A DNA stretch of 63,955 nucleotides, filler included, from Stramenopiles sp. TOSAG23-2 (taxonomy: Eukaryota), in the NCBI GenBank assembly GCA_900128395.1. It is 3 parts of 3 records of this genome, joined end to end, with 100 filler letters (N's around TTAATTAATTAA, not from the genome) between each part and the next. Parts side by side here need not be neighbours in the genome. Positions count along the whole stretch, not along the records: positions 1 to 21,383 come from LT649537.1; 2 more parts are not named here. The stretch is one strand, 5' to 3'. Shown here piece after piece: positions 1 through 11,125 of this stretch. A model generated the notes under the pieces. It saw only the letters and a list, made by a program, of their open reading frames with translations, did no database searches and was not told the DNA's origin. A program made the position numbers and the translations under genes. Position 1 is the stretch's first letter. The number at the start of each line of letters is the position of its first letter.

Positions 1-1070
1 CAATTCAATGCATCATGATCAACATCACAACAACGATCATTCATCAATGTACAATCCTACTACTACGGTACAGCCTAATACTACGGTACAGCCTACCCCC
101 ACCACAACCGAGGATTTTGTTGAAACTACCACCACAGTTCCTGGGAAAAGGCCTATCACTACCACAGCGCATCACGATCATTCATCAATGTACAATAATG
201 GTCATGGTTCTGGTTCAGGCCACAATTCAATGCATCATGATCAACATCATAACAACGATCATTCATCAATGTACAATAATGGCCATGGTTCTGGTTCAGG
301 CCACAATTCAATGCATCATGATCAACATCACAACAACGATCATTCATCAATGTACAATCCTACTACTACGGTACAGCCTAATACTACGGTACAGCCTACC
401 CCCACCACAACCGAGGATTTTGTTGAAACTACCACCACAGTTCCTGGGAAAAGGCCTATCACTACCACAGCGCATCACGATCATTCATCAATGTACAATA
501 ATGGTCATGGTTCTGGTTCAGGCCACAATTCAATGCATCATGATCAACATCACAACAACGATCATTCATCAATGTACAATAATGGCCATGGTTCTGGTTC
601 AGGCCACAATTCAATGCATCATGATCAACATCACAACAACGATCATTCATCAATGTACAATAATGGCCATGGTTCTGGTTCAGGCCACGATTCAATGCAT
701 CATGATCAACATCACAACAACGATCATTCATCAATGTACAATAATGGTCATGGTTCTGGTTCAGGCCACGATTCAATGCATCATGATCAACATCATAACA
801 ACGATCATTCATCAATGTACACTCATGGCTATAGTTCTGGTTCAGGTCACGATTCAATGCATCATGATCAACATCATAACAACGATCATTCATCAATGTA
901 CACTCATGGCTATAGTTCTGGTTCAGGTCACGATTCAATGCATCATGATCAACATCATAACAACGATCATTCATCAATGTACAATAAAGGTCATGGTTCT
1001 GGTTCAGGCCACGATTCAATGCATCATGATCAACATCATAACAACGATCATTCATCAATGTACAATAATG
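1..1070 (+). repeat. Coding minisatellite: 81-bp units plus a 303-bp higher-order duplication
   Basis: TCAATGCATCATGATCAACAT recurs at 81-bp spacing (e.g. 530, 611); the Thr-rich block recurs 303 bp apart (~55 and ~358). Confidence 0.95.
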
Positions 1071-1096
1071 GTCGGTATCTACGGGGAGGGAAATAA
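2..1096 (+). CDS. His-rich tandem-repeat protein with Thr/Pro mucin-like segments (5'-partial)
   Basis: Frame is open to the window start. 27-aa repeat MHHDQHHNNDHSSMYNNGHGSGSGH(N/D)S, two PTTTVQP...ETTTTVPG blocks, ends RYLRGGK-TAA. Confidence 0.75.
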   Translation, partial: NSMHHDQHHNNDHSSMYNPTTTVQPNTTVQPTPTTTEDFVETTTTVPGKRPITTTAHHDHSSMYNNGHGSGSGHNSMHHDQHHNNDHSSMYNNGHGSGSGHNSMHHDQHHNNDHSSMYNPTTTVQPNTTVQPTPTTTEDFVETTTTVPGKRPITTTAHHDHSSMYNNGHGSGSGHNSMHHDQHHNNDHSSMYNNGHGSGSGHNSMHHDQHHNNDHSSMYNNGHGSGSGHDSMHHDQHHNNDHSSMYNNGHGSGSGHDSMHHDQHHNNDHSSMYTHGYSSGSGHDSMHHDQHHNNDHSSMYTHGYSSGSGHDSMHHDQHHNNDHSSMYNKGHGSGSGHDSMHHDQHHNNDHSSMYNNGRYLRGGK

Positions 1097-2478
1097 ATTT
1101 TATTTATGCAAAGCAGGCAAAAACTACAGTAGTAGTACAACTTCTATCATATACAATGTAGAAAGAAGATAAATAAGTTTTTGAGGTCGATTAAACGCTC
1201 TTGTTTCATTCAAATCTTTTTGTTCAGTATAAATGGAATGTGGACGATGTTCAAAGATAAAAAGATGGAAATGATGATGTTTGCTACAGGCAATATCTAC
1301 CGCGAAACGGGCACCGCTTCAAAGTATGTCGAAGATAGAGAACATTCTATGCGAATGCGAAGTGAAACAGCAGAATCGATGGTTTAATGTGAATGGTGCC
1401 GAAACAGAAACTAATTTGAAAATCTACCATAACAGAAACTAAAAAAATATTGAAATTTTTTTTTTTAAATTGATTTGAATTATTAAAAAAAAATAGATAC
1501 ATATGACGAAGATGACGAGAAAACCTATTCTTACCAAAAAAGAAACTGGAATGGAATCTACCATAACAGAAAGTAAAAAAAATCACGAAGAAAAAAGTAA
1601 ATTGATTAGAAAAAATAAAAATCAATTAAGAAATAAAATGGATAAAATCAATAATGATACCATAACAGAATCTAAGTGAATCGTTGTCGTTATTCTCCTA
1701 GGCAAAAGAACAGGTAAACAACACGTATATCCAACGGGCGGCTTGTTGTTATTCATTGTGTAGCCAAACTCAATCAATATTTTGTTTTCAGCATATGGCA
1801 TCTCTTGTCCATCTTTCAGAGCAAATCCATTACGAAACTCCATTGCTTGATCAGGATTAGCTAAAGGGAGGTTCAAACAAACGTTTTCCACGGAGACGAC
1901 ATCACCTATTAATATATTTTAATACTTTACTATTGCTATTATTATACTTTTTATTTGCTTCTATATAATAATCCTTCTCTTCAAACAAACTCTGAAAGAC
2001 CCCTCTTTTCCTATACTTAAAACACTACATCCATACATAGGCCATACAAAATACTCCCCCCCATCGAAGTGGGGGAATCTCTAGTATAATACAGTAATAA
2101 AATCTAAATCCTTCATCTTCTCGTGTATTTTTTTAAGGTAATACTGACACAATGGATTTAGCATGATATTTCATAGTAACGGTAATAGTGGAATGTAAGT
2201 GAGATCTTTGGCAATGGCCTGGGAACACTTAAATACAGAAATGGAAATTTTGAAAAAGGAAGTGCCTTAGATATTTTTTGTCTATGTATTCGTTACAAAA
2301 AACATATATATATAACAAAATATACAAATATAATTTATTGTTGGGCATCTTGGACAGTTCGAAAACAAGTAAACAAATCAAAAAACAATACATTTAGAAC
2401 ATTATTAATAATATATATATTAAGAAAAATAAATAGAAGTATACATCAAATCTATATACATACATATATATATATATC

Positions 2479-2923
2479 ATGAATCAATTAGACAATGCAT
2501 TTGGTGATAATAACAATAACAATGGTGTGCCAAATCCTGTTGTGATTATGGGACAAAATCCATCAGTTTGGCTTGGTCCAAATTATGATGAGGAAGCTCA
2601 AAAAAATGGAGAACAAAAAGCAAATGGAAATGAAAACAATATGAATCCTCAAACATGGGAAACGATAAACAGGCAAATACAACAAAACATGATTGGTAAT
2701 CTTGCGTTGGACAATCATCCTCTCTACAATGTAAAGATTTTATTGTCTTTGATAATGTTGTATATAAAACGTTACATGACCCCATTGCAATTTTAGATGC
2801 ACGGCAATGGGCTTTAATTTGATATAATAATGGACGACTGACATCATATCGAAACATGGATGTTCGATCACTTAATACATTTTGTATGAACAATGGAATT
2901 AGTAATAGTAGTAACAAGAAATA
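2479..2923 (+). pseudogene. Hypothetical gene, possibly frameshifted or disrupted
   Basis: ORF 2479-2796 has a native-looking Asn-rich N-terminus. Coding-like sequence continues in a shifted frame (CKDFIVFDNVVYKTLHDPIAILDARQWALI*YNNGRL...) with an internal TGA. Confidence 0.3.
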
Positions 2924-3585
2924 ATGAATAATTATTATGAATACTACCATCATTATATACTATATACATATATACAAATATATTATGAAATATAATGCTA
3001 AGGGATAATGTTAATAAACAAAAACAGGGATTTTGTATGAATTAATATATATATATGACAATATAGCAACTGCTAGAAGTCTATACGCTCTATCTACTAT
3101 TTTTATTTTTATTTATTTTAAAATGTGTCACACTACTATAAATTATTTTATCATCTATCCATAAATCTAGAATAAATGGATTAAGGATAATAGCCGCCTG
3201 ACAAAACATCAATTGATTTCGAAAATGATGGAGGAAAAGTATAAGAGGGGATTAACATTACGCAAAAATTTGTGGATTTTTTTCAATGCTATGTCGGTGC
3301 TATTTTTTACCAATTTTCGATAAAACAACCTGGAATTTCTTCGGAAATTTTCACTTTACACAATAATCAACAATTGCACAATTAGCACATTTTTGATGAT
3401 GATAGATTTATCTGATATGATGAATGTATAAAATTGAATCTCGTCATAAACTTATATATACAAAAGAAAATAATATAAAAAGCTATAAACACCAGTACTG
3501 ATGTATATAGATACATATATATAAATAACCGATATATATAAAGAGAGAGATCGTCTTTTTTTTCCAACAAATAATATAATATACA

Positions 3586-4689
3586 ATGACATCGATTGTT
3601 AGTGCAAACGATGATACGTTGTTAAACAACAATGTATCAAAACTAGATCAACAAAAGGCTTTACGTGCATTGGCATTAACGGAGGAATTTTCTTTAAGTG
3701 AAAATGGTGAATTTCAGTTTAATAATTTAAAAGTTACTAATATTAAATTTAATAAAGATCAAAATAATATAGAAATTGAAACGGAAGAAGCGAAAAATGG
3801 TATAGACAATGTAAAAAAAGCAGTAGCTGATGATGATAAAAAAAACAATGATAAAGAACAACAAGAAAATAAAGAGGATCGTCTTGTTCCAGGTGATATT
3901 TATACATATACACCTCCTGAATTTAAAAAAAAAACACCCGGTCAAGATTATTTGAGGTTTCAAAGCAAAGAAGAAGAGTTAGAATGGAAAGAAAACAATG
4001 ACTTTCTACATCGGATTACACCATTTTTGTACATACTCGCATCAACCTTAGCCTTTCTATGGGCCCAAGCGTTTTATTGGTGGAAACGATTGCCAGATGA
4101 AGAACAGATTTGTGTACGAGATATGTTTGATGAATGGTTTTGTGAAAGAGGAAAAACTGCAAAATTGACATTAAGAAATCATCCAACTGTGACTGTTCAA
4201 AATTTAAATAATAGAGATGGATTAGTATCGTATCAATTAGCTGGCCATACCTTTTTGTCTATGTTTGTAGCATTTGCTACAACTGCTGTTGCAAAATGTT
4301 TTAGACGTAGTAAAAAAGCAGGGAATGAACCAAATGAAGAACGCGTTGTTTTATTGTATATTGTCGCACGTTTTATTGTATTATGTGGATTAATTTGTCA
4401 ATGGGGTCATTTGGCTTTAATGCATGCAAAATTTAAAGGAATATTAATGGCAAATTGGGCAATGGATTTTAGAGCAACTATTCCATATATTGTAGGTATT
4501 GTTATTGGTATCATAACTGTTTTTAGTTATACATTGTACGACATTACTTCTATATCAAATGAATATGATACTGGTGTAGCAATGGTTGTAGTAGATAATG
4601 ATGAGAATTCTGATGATATGCCTACTTCTATAAGCAGCAGAAGGAATGATGTGGTGAATGATGATGATGGTGTTTCTGCACCACGATAG
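3586..4689 (+). CDS. Hypothetical multi-pass membrane protein
   Basis: 367-aa ORF with several hydrophobic segments (FLYILASTLAFLWAQAFYWW, IPYIVGIVIGIITVFSY); family not recognised. Confidence 0.75.
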   Translation: MTSIVSANDDTLLNNNVSKLDQQKALRALALTEEFSLSENGEFQFNNLKVTNIKFNKDQNNIEIETEEAKNGIDNVKKAVADDDKKNNDKEQQENKEDRLVPGDIYTYTPPEFKKKTPGQDYLRFQSKEEELEWKENNDFLHRITPFLYILASTLAFLWAQAFYWWKRLPDEEQICVRDMFDEWFCERGKTAKLTLRNHPTVTVQNLNNRDGLVSYQLAGHTFLSMFVAFATTAVAKCFRRSKKAGNEPNEERVVLLYIVARFIVLCGLICQWGHLALMHAKFKGILMANWAMDFRATIPYIVGIVIGIITVFSYTLYDITSISNEYDTGVAMVVVDNDENSDDMPTSISSRRNDVVNDDDGVSAPR

Positions 4690-4860
4690 CATGTTTATTA
4701 AAAAAATATTTTAATAAAAAAAAAACATGTGTATTTGTTGACTATCATGCCAGCATGATAATTTTGGAAAAAACATTTTAAAATTTTTTACTTTTTTTTA
4801 AAAAAAATTTTATTATTTAGAAATATTTATATTAAATATAAATTAATATTTTACATAAAA

Positions 4861-4990
4861 ATGTTACGATTCATTGTCCATCTGGAGAGTAGGAATTATC
4901 ATACATGAGTAAATGAAAAAATAAGTTAATGCATTTATATATATATGTACATAAAAAAATACGAAATAAAATGTGATATGAGTACACATA
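4861..4990 (-). repeat. Convergent-spacer dispersed element, internally deleted copy
   Basis: ATGTTACGATTCATTGTCCATCT...GAGAGTAGGAATTATCAT..GAGTAAAT, matching the copies at 5131, 12200 and 41732. Confidence 0.85.
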
Positions 4991-5130
4991 TATATATATA
5001 ATATATATATATAAAATGTTCTCTTACTCATATATTATATATAAATTTCTTTTACTCCCGTTCATTAACATTTCAAATCAAAAATGATTTATAAAGTTTA
5101 GTAAAAATTATTTAGTATTCAAAAGATAAG

Positions 5131-5265
5131 ATTGTTAACGATTTATTGTCCATCTCTGGAGAGTAGGAATTATCATGAGTCAAATTAAAAAATAAGTTAA
5201 TGCATTTAAATATTGTACATAAAAAAATACGAAATAAAATGTGATATGGTATGTACACATATATC
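5131..5265 (-). repeat. Convergent-spacer dispersed element (diverged local duplicate of 4861-4990)
   Basis: Same core and same flank TGTACATAAAAAAATACGAAATAAAATGTGATATG about 270 bp downstream. Confidence 0.85.
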
Positions 5266-5351
5266 ATATTATACTTTAAACTAGCTCTTCTCCCTCACAT
5301 AAATTCGTGTTTTTTTCCTACCTTCTCGCACATACACAAAATCAATCATTT

Positions 5352-6233
5352 TTACAAACTAGCCAAATGTTTAAAACGATCAACATCAAGCCATGGTTTT
5401 CCTGTTTTCCTGCAAACAACCATACCACGTTGAACTTGTGGTCGTTCAAGCAACATATCTGCCCATCGATTGGCATTTTTATATTGCTTCATATTTAAAA
5501 AATCACGTGTCATTTGTTTTGTTTGTGGATGTGGATATCCTTGATCACGAATAACATGGAACCATGGCATACATATCATATCAGCAATACTATATTCATC
5601 ACCACAAATGTATTTTTTATCAGCTAAATGTTGATCTAATACGGAACAGATACGTTGTACCTCCATACCATATCTTGCAACACCATAATCACGATTTAAT
5701 TCTGCTGGTGCATATGCGTAGAAATGACCATAACACGCACCCGTCATAGGACCTTGGCCTGCCATTTGCCACATGACCCAATTGATACATTCTGCACGTC
5801 CACGTACATCTTTTGGTATGAACATATTGTATTTATCAGCCAAATATATCATCATGGATCCAGATTCAAATAAATTTAAATCGCCACCACCGCCAACTGG
5901 ATTGCGATCAACCATGCATGGAATTTTCGAGTTTGGATTAATATTTACAAAACCTTTATTAAATTGATTTCCATTGATTCTAGTCATATGAGCATCATAT
6001 TTTAAACCAATAGCACTTGCTAATTCTTCCAATAATATTCCAACTTTTTGTCCATTTGGTGTGGATACGGAATACAATTGAATATCGGCATCACCAACTG
6101 GTAATTCTTTTTCATTCCGTTTTCCTGCCGTAGGTCGATTAATTGCAGCAAAACGATTGTTTGCTAACACTTTTTCATATAATTCTTCCACTTTTTTCGG
6201 TGGTGTCCATGGTGGTGTAAATGTTGTATCCAT
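5352..6233 (-). CDS. Nu-class (YghU/YfcG-like) glutathione S-transferase / disulfide oxidoreductase
   Basis: FAAINRPTAG N-terminal extension, LYSVSTPNGQKV, INPNSKIP, LFESG, YSIADM. Confidence 0.92.
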   Translation of the reverse strand: MDTTFTPPWTPPKKVEELYEKVLANNRFAAINRPTAGKRNEKELPVGDADIQLYSVSTPNGQKVGILLEELASAIGLKYDAHMTRINGNQFNKGFVNINPNSKIPCMVDRNPVGGGGDLNLFESGSMMIYLADKYNMFIPKDVRGRAECINWVMWQMAGQGPMTGACYGHFYAYAPAELNRDYGVARYGMEVQRICSVLDQHLADKKYICGDEYSIADMICMPWFHVIRDQGYPHPQTKQMTRDFLNMKQYKNANRWADMLLERPQVQRGMVVCRKTGKPWLDVDRFKHLASL

Positions 6234-6919
6234 ATTATATATGTAATTTATTCAATATAATAATATTTTAGTCTTCTTTGTTTTGGTAATATAATAAGAG
6301 TTATCTATTTATCCTCGTATTTTTGTTGATACTATAATAGATTGAATGTTCATAGTTGTTTCTATATTATAAAAATTGATATATATATATACGTATACAC
6401 CTCTATCTCTCCACACTCAATATAAATATATAGACCAGATATCTATTTATAATCTAAATCACCATCCTCCTATAAATGTATGCTAAATCCCAAATCCCTA
6501 ATTTGCAACATTATCCCTTAAACAGTCGATTATATTTTGTTAAGGAATTATTGATTTTTGATCTTTTCCTCTGTGATATTTGATGTTATACCGGCGGAAA
6601 TATACAGTATGCCCTTAGTTAGACTTTTTATAAAGTTGAAATTAGTATATTTTCAGTATCTTTTTTTCTTCCGTCTGTCGAACCCCCCAAAAAAACGAAA
6701 AACTCCTCGCGCCCGCGCTCTTTTATACTTGGTATTGAATGAAAAAAGATATCTTATCTATAATAATAAAGTACAAATATATCATGGAAATACATTGTAT
6801 TGTAGAATCATATATAATAGATTATCATTTTTGTAATTGAGCACGCATAGTGTATACAAAATTAACATATTTATATATATATATATATAACTTAAGCAAC
6901 CAAAAGAAAAACAAGTAAC

Positions 6920-7849
6920 ATGTCGGAAGAAGCAACTCCATTTCAAAAACAATTACCAACTAAAATTGAAGATTTATTTAATGCAACAGCTGGCAATAAT
7001 TTTGCGTCAGTCAATAGACCATTTGCTGGTCCACGAACTGAAGCTGCATTGCCGCGTGGTAAAGAATCGTTTCAATTGTATTCATTGGCAACTCCAAATG
7101 GTCAAAAAGTTGGGATTTTGCTAGAAGAATTAGGTATTCCATATGATGCACATTTCGTTTTGATTAATGGGCCACAATTCTCCACTGGTTTTATTGGTGC
7201 AAATCCAAACTCGAAAATTCCTTGTGCAATTGATGTAAACGGACCAGGTGGTGAACCAATAGCTTTAATGGAAAGTGCAGCAATTATGCAATATTTATGC
7301 GAGAAGCACCCTGAGAAAGATTTTCTACCAAAAGATCCTAGGCTAAAATATGAATGCATGCAATGGTTATTTTGGCAAATTGGAACTCAAGGACCAATGA
7401 CTGGAAATTATGGTCACTTCATGGTATATGCACCAGGTGATAAAGTTGAAACACGAAATTATGGCGTAGCACGTTACGGTATGGATGTCATGCGTGTATG
7501 TGATGTATTAGAAAGACATTTAGCTGGATTTCGTGATATGAAAGGTGGGCATGAAAATGTCGGTACACGTGAATATCTTGTCGGTGGGAGGTATACTGTA
7601 GCAGATATGGCATGTTATCCATGGGCAAAAATGTTATTTGGTGAAAGACCAAACGGTGGATATAATAGGATTCACCAAACACCAACATTTAAATTCATGG
7701 GGTTACATGAGAAATATCCACATTTAATGAAATGGCTAGATCGAGTTGGATCTAGAATTGGTGTACAACGTGGTTGTGCAGTATGTTCTGCTGGTACTGG
7801 TAAACCATTTGAAAAAAAAGGACATGCATTGTACAGAGCAAAAATGTAA
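6920..7849 (+). CDS. Nu-class (YghU-like) glutathione S-transferase, paralogue of 5352-6233
   Basis: FASVNRPFAG, LYSLATPNGQKV, ANPNSKIP, LMESAAI, YTVADMACYPW. Confidence 0.92.
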   Translation: MSEEATPFQKQLPTKIEDLFNATAGNNFASVNRPFAGPRTEAALPRGKESFQLYSLATPNGQKVGILLEELGIPYDAHFVLINGPQFSTGFIGANPNSKIPCAIDVNGPGGEPIALMESAAIMQYLCEKHPEKDFLPKDPRLKYECMQWLFWQIGTQGPMTGNYGHFMVYAPGDKVETRNYGVARYGMDVMRVCDVLERHLAGFRDMKGGHENVGTREYLVGGRYTVADMACYPWAKMLFGERPNGGYNRIHQTPTFKFMGLHEKYPHLMKWLDRVGSRIGVQRGCAVCSAGTGKPFEKKGHALYRAKM

Positions 7850-7990
7850 TTTAAATATTTAAAAATATATTTGTATTTTACTTGAGACCACAGTGAGAGG
7901 AGAAAGGGGAAAGAGAGGCGCAACATTTTTATAAATTTTTTATAAAATATTTTAACTAAATTTACTACGCGTATTTAAAGTTTTTATTCC

Positions 7991-8220
7991 GATACTCATA
8001 ACAATTCCTACTCTCCAAAGAATACAGTGAGAGAATTTTATATTTCTCGAGTAATTAATTTTTAAATAATATGGAAAAAAAGAGATGGTTAAAAATCTAA
8101 AAGTGTTATATATACACACGTAATAATTTTACTTCCCGTGGTATTCGTAAATAAATATGCTCAATTCTCAATCACAAGAATAATATTCTATCCCCTGTAC
8201 TACATAGTAAAAGCTCTAAT
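7991..8220 (+). repeat. Convergent-spacer dispersed element (copy linking both halves of the family)
   Basis: AATTCCTACTCTCCAAAGAATACA followed by GATGGTTAAAAATCTAA...TTTTACTTCCCGT...CAAGAATAATATTCTATCC...AAAGCTCTAAT. Confidence 0.85.
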
Positions 8221-8313
8221 ATTTAAAAACAACTAGATATTATTATATTAACTTCTTATGATATAATATTGAGCAGGTTTAAATTTAAATATCAACTTTT
8301 GTCAGTATCCCTC

Positions 8314-10461
8314 TCAAAGATTTACGCTAACTTCATCCCCGCCTTTTTGTCCTTCTTTTACTACCACTTTAACTTTTCTACCATCACTTAATGGATATTC
8401 CAATTCCATTCCTGGTACAGCACCATCTGGTAAAGTAACTTTCATAATTTGTTGAACTTTTACTGCTTGTACATTTTTAACAACTGTTCGTTCTGCTAAT
8501 GTACCTTTTAATGCAAGTTGCGTAGCTCCTTGCATTTCATATAAATTTTCCAAACGTGCACCTTTTATTGGAAATTTATATACTGCAAACACAATAATGA
8601 ATTTTATAATTGGTAGAACAACCATATACATATTTTGAATAAAATTTTGACATTCAGTTGATATGTTTATGGAATCCAACCTCGAATCGCATGTTCTTTT
8701 TCCATCTGCTTGTTCGTTGTACATAACAACCGTAATAATCCCTGCGAAAACGAAACCGCCATTAAATGCCATGTTCAATAAACCCGAAACTAAAGCTTCG
8801 CGTCGAACACCATCTCCATATTGAACATCTTCATCCATGACCCATCCACGTGCAATTGGGAAGAAAAAATTATACGGTACATGAAACAGGTAGCATGACG
8901 TATATACAAATATAAATACAAGTGAACCAGGACCTGGTAGATATTCGCTAGTTGTATTTGGCCGAGATACCGTTAAAAATCCAAGGATACCCCAAGCTGC
9001 GCATATAAAATTTGTTATCACTACAAATGTTTGTGGATTTTTGTTGCCAAGTTTTTTACGAGTTTCATTACGTCTTCCATAATAAAATCCCAAGCAACAA
9101 TTAGTGAACAATGCACTTAATATTGTCAAAACCCCCATTAGCCCATTAAATGTTCCTCGTGTATTTGGATCTGTCTTTAAAACATAATAAATGTAAGGCG
9201 TATTTAAAGCTGTGTATGTAGTATTCCAACATGAGTGCATCATCCACATTACAAATATCCATCTTATAGCAACTGCTCTTTCCGTTATAGTGAGCCTTTT
9301 GACTACTACTCCATCGGCATTTTTTACCTCTGGTGCATCTGCAATTGCTTTTGCATCATCAGCTATCATTTTTGCAGTAGGAAATAGCAATGTCCAGTAT
9401 TGTGACAATGAAATATGTTTAGATCCATCTTTTGCGGGCTGCCTTGCTTCTTTTAAAGGTGTTATTGATAATAATACTAAAGATGCAAGTAAACACAAAA
9501 CTAAACTTGATATCCATCGTAAAGTGCTACCGCCTTCAGGTGCTCCAGATAATTCATTGTAATTTTGCATCAATGCAAATAATATTGCTCCAATCATTAC
9601 TACAGGCAAAATTATGAACAATTGCATTGCAAATACTTGTACACGTTCCGCTTTCCATGGGTATATTTCATTTGAAGCAGCTTGGTAAAGATTTAAAATT
9701 CCAGTCAACGACGCCATACATAAACCAAAACCAAAAAACCACCACCATCCATTAAAAATTGAATTAGGGTAAACACATTTACGTGCATTTTCTTGTGGAA
9801 ATGGCCAACAGTAGGATATTTCCGAAATCAAATTTTCACAAACGGCATGGCCATTTTTACCCCATACTGTTGTATTTAAAGTCGAAATTGTAATTGGTTT
9901 TGAGCAATCTAAACCTGTTTGGCCGTCTGTTGGTAGACTTCCAAATGAGCTTTTATACGCTGCAATTAAAGTCGCATTTCCTGTTGTATAACTGCTATCG
10001 TCGGGTGTAAGGGCCAAAGTAACAGGGTCTGGTTGGTTCCATACCGTCAAAATACCTAAACATCCAAAAAATAAACATATATAAACATGTGGAGCATGTC
10101 TTCCCCACTCCTCCCGTTTGCAACCAAGCTTTGTAAACATTGGTTGTAAAGTTTCTGCATTTTGTATGTATCCTATCATAGCAGCAATAGGGTAGCCAAG
10201 TAAATTTGTAAGAATGTATAACCATGCAAAATGACTTGCATCACTTCGCATTGTCAATACGTATAAATCTCTAGCACTTACTGAACAAAAGCCAAATACA
10301 CCTAAACCAGCTGCTAGTGATGCAAAACGTATTTTATATCCACATAACGAATGGCCAGACCAACCTTCTTGTCCAATAGTTGTTCCTGGTGCATCAGAAG
10401 ACATTGACTTTTCTTTTGTTATTTCAGACGATACCTCATTCTTGTCCGTAACTTGTGCCAT
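8314..10461 (-). CDS. MFS / GPH (MelB-MFSD2-like) transporter with a Cys-rich extracytoplasmic loop
   Basis: About 12 hydrophobic helices; WGRHAP loop, DEDVQYGDGVRREAL and YKFPIKG resemble GPH-family motifs; C-terminal VTLPDGAVPG module. Confidence 0.7.
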   Translation of the reverse strand: MAQVTDKNEVSSEITKEKSMSSDAPGTTIGQEGWSGHSLCGYKIRFASLAAGLGVFGFCSVSARDLYVLTMRSDASHFAWLYILTNLLGYPIAAMIGYIQNAETLQPMFTKLGCKREEWGRHAPHVYICLFFGCLGILTVWNQPDPVTLALTPDDSSYTTGNATLIAAYKSSFGSLPTDGQTGLDCSKPITISTLNTTVWGKNGHAVCENLISEISYCWPFPQENARKCVYPNSIFNGWWWFFGFGLCMASLTGILNLYQAASNEIYPWKAERVQVFAMQLFIILPVVMIGAILFALMQNYNELSGAPEGGSTLRWISSLVLCLLASLVLLSITPLKEARQPAKDGSKHISLSQYWTLLFPTAKMIADDAKAIADAPEVKNADGVVVKRLTITERAVAIRWIFVMWMMHSCWNTTYTALNTPYIYYVLKTDPNTRGTFNGLMGVLTILSALFTNCCLGFYYGRRNETRKKLGNKNPQTFVVITNFICAAWGILGFLTVSRPNTTSEYLPGPGSLVFIFVYTSCYLFHVPYNFFFPIARGWVMDEDVQYGDGVRREALVSGLLNMAFNGGFVFAGIITVVMYNEQADGKRTCDSRLDSINISTECQNFIQNMYMVVLPIIKFIIVFAVYKFPIKGARLENLYEMQGATQLALKGTLAERTVVKNVQAVKVQQIMKVTLPDGAVPGMELEYPLSDGRKVKVVVKEGQKGGDEVSVNL

Positions 10462-11125
10462 TGTTGTTGTTGTTGTATTGATTTCGTTCCTTGTTGTGTA
10501 GATAAAATGTTTTATATATTATCAACTATATTTTATAATTCCATCATATATATGTAACCCGTTTAATAAACAACCGCTGGGTGACTGCAACTAAATAAAT
10601 ATATTTAATTAGATATATATATAACAACTGCAACTGGATGAACAATAGCAGTTGCAATAATAGCGAAAAAACGAAACCACGTGGATTATTCAAATGGATA
10701 AAATATTCTACATATGTAAGAGCACACCACTATACAAATGAACATATTTAATACATATTTTAATATAGACACTCTGTATTAATAATATGACTAACAACTT
10801 AGCTTAACGGATATTTTTATTTTTTGATGTAGCATTATACCAATTATTGGAAGAAATAGATCCAACTGTGTTTTATTTCACCCAGGATCAAATAATAAAA
10901 TCTCCTCCTCCTCGTCGGTAATAAATTACACTTTAACTTACTGTATAATACACATAATACTAGAGAGGATCCGACTGTACGGTTAGTTTTTTTAGTTTTT
11001 GGCTTTGAAAAAAATAGAAAAATGAAATAAATACTTTTGACTGACACAAATAGTAGTATCGAAAACTATATTTGCCATTTAAAAAATAAAAGAAGAAGAA
11101 CTAGATTTTTCTAAGATATACTAAC

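Noticed and set aside
15-1172. 385-aa Ile/Thr/Met-rich ORF and antisense ORFs over the repeat
   Set aside because: Shadow frames of the 81-bp coding repeat; the His-rich frame is the more plausible protein.
2818-2822. In-frame TGA as selenocysteine or a variant genetic code
   Set aside because: It needs a frameshift as well, no SECIS was seen, and TAA, TAG and TGA all terminate conserved genes elsewhere in the window.
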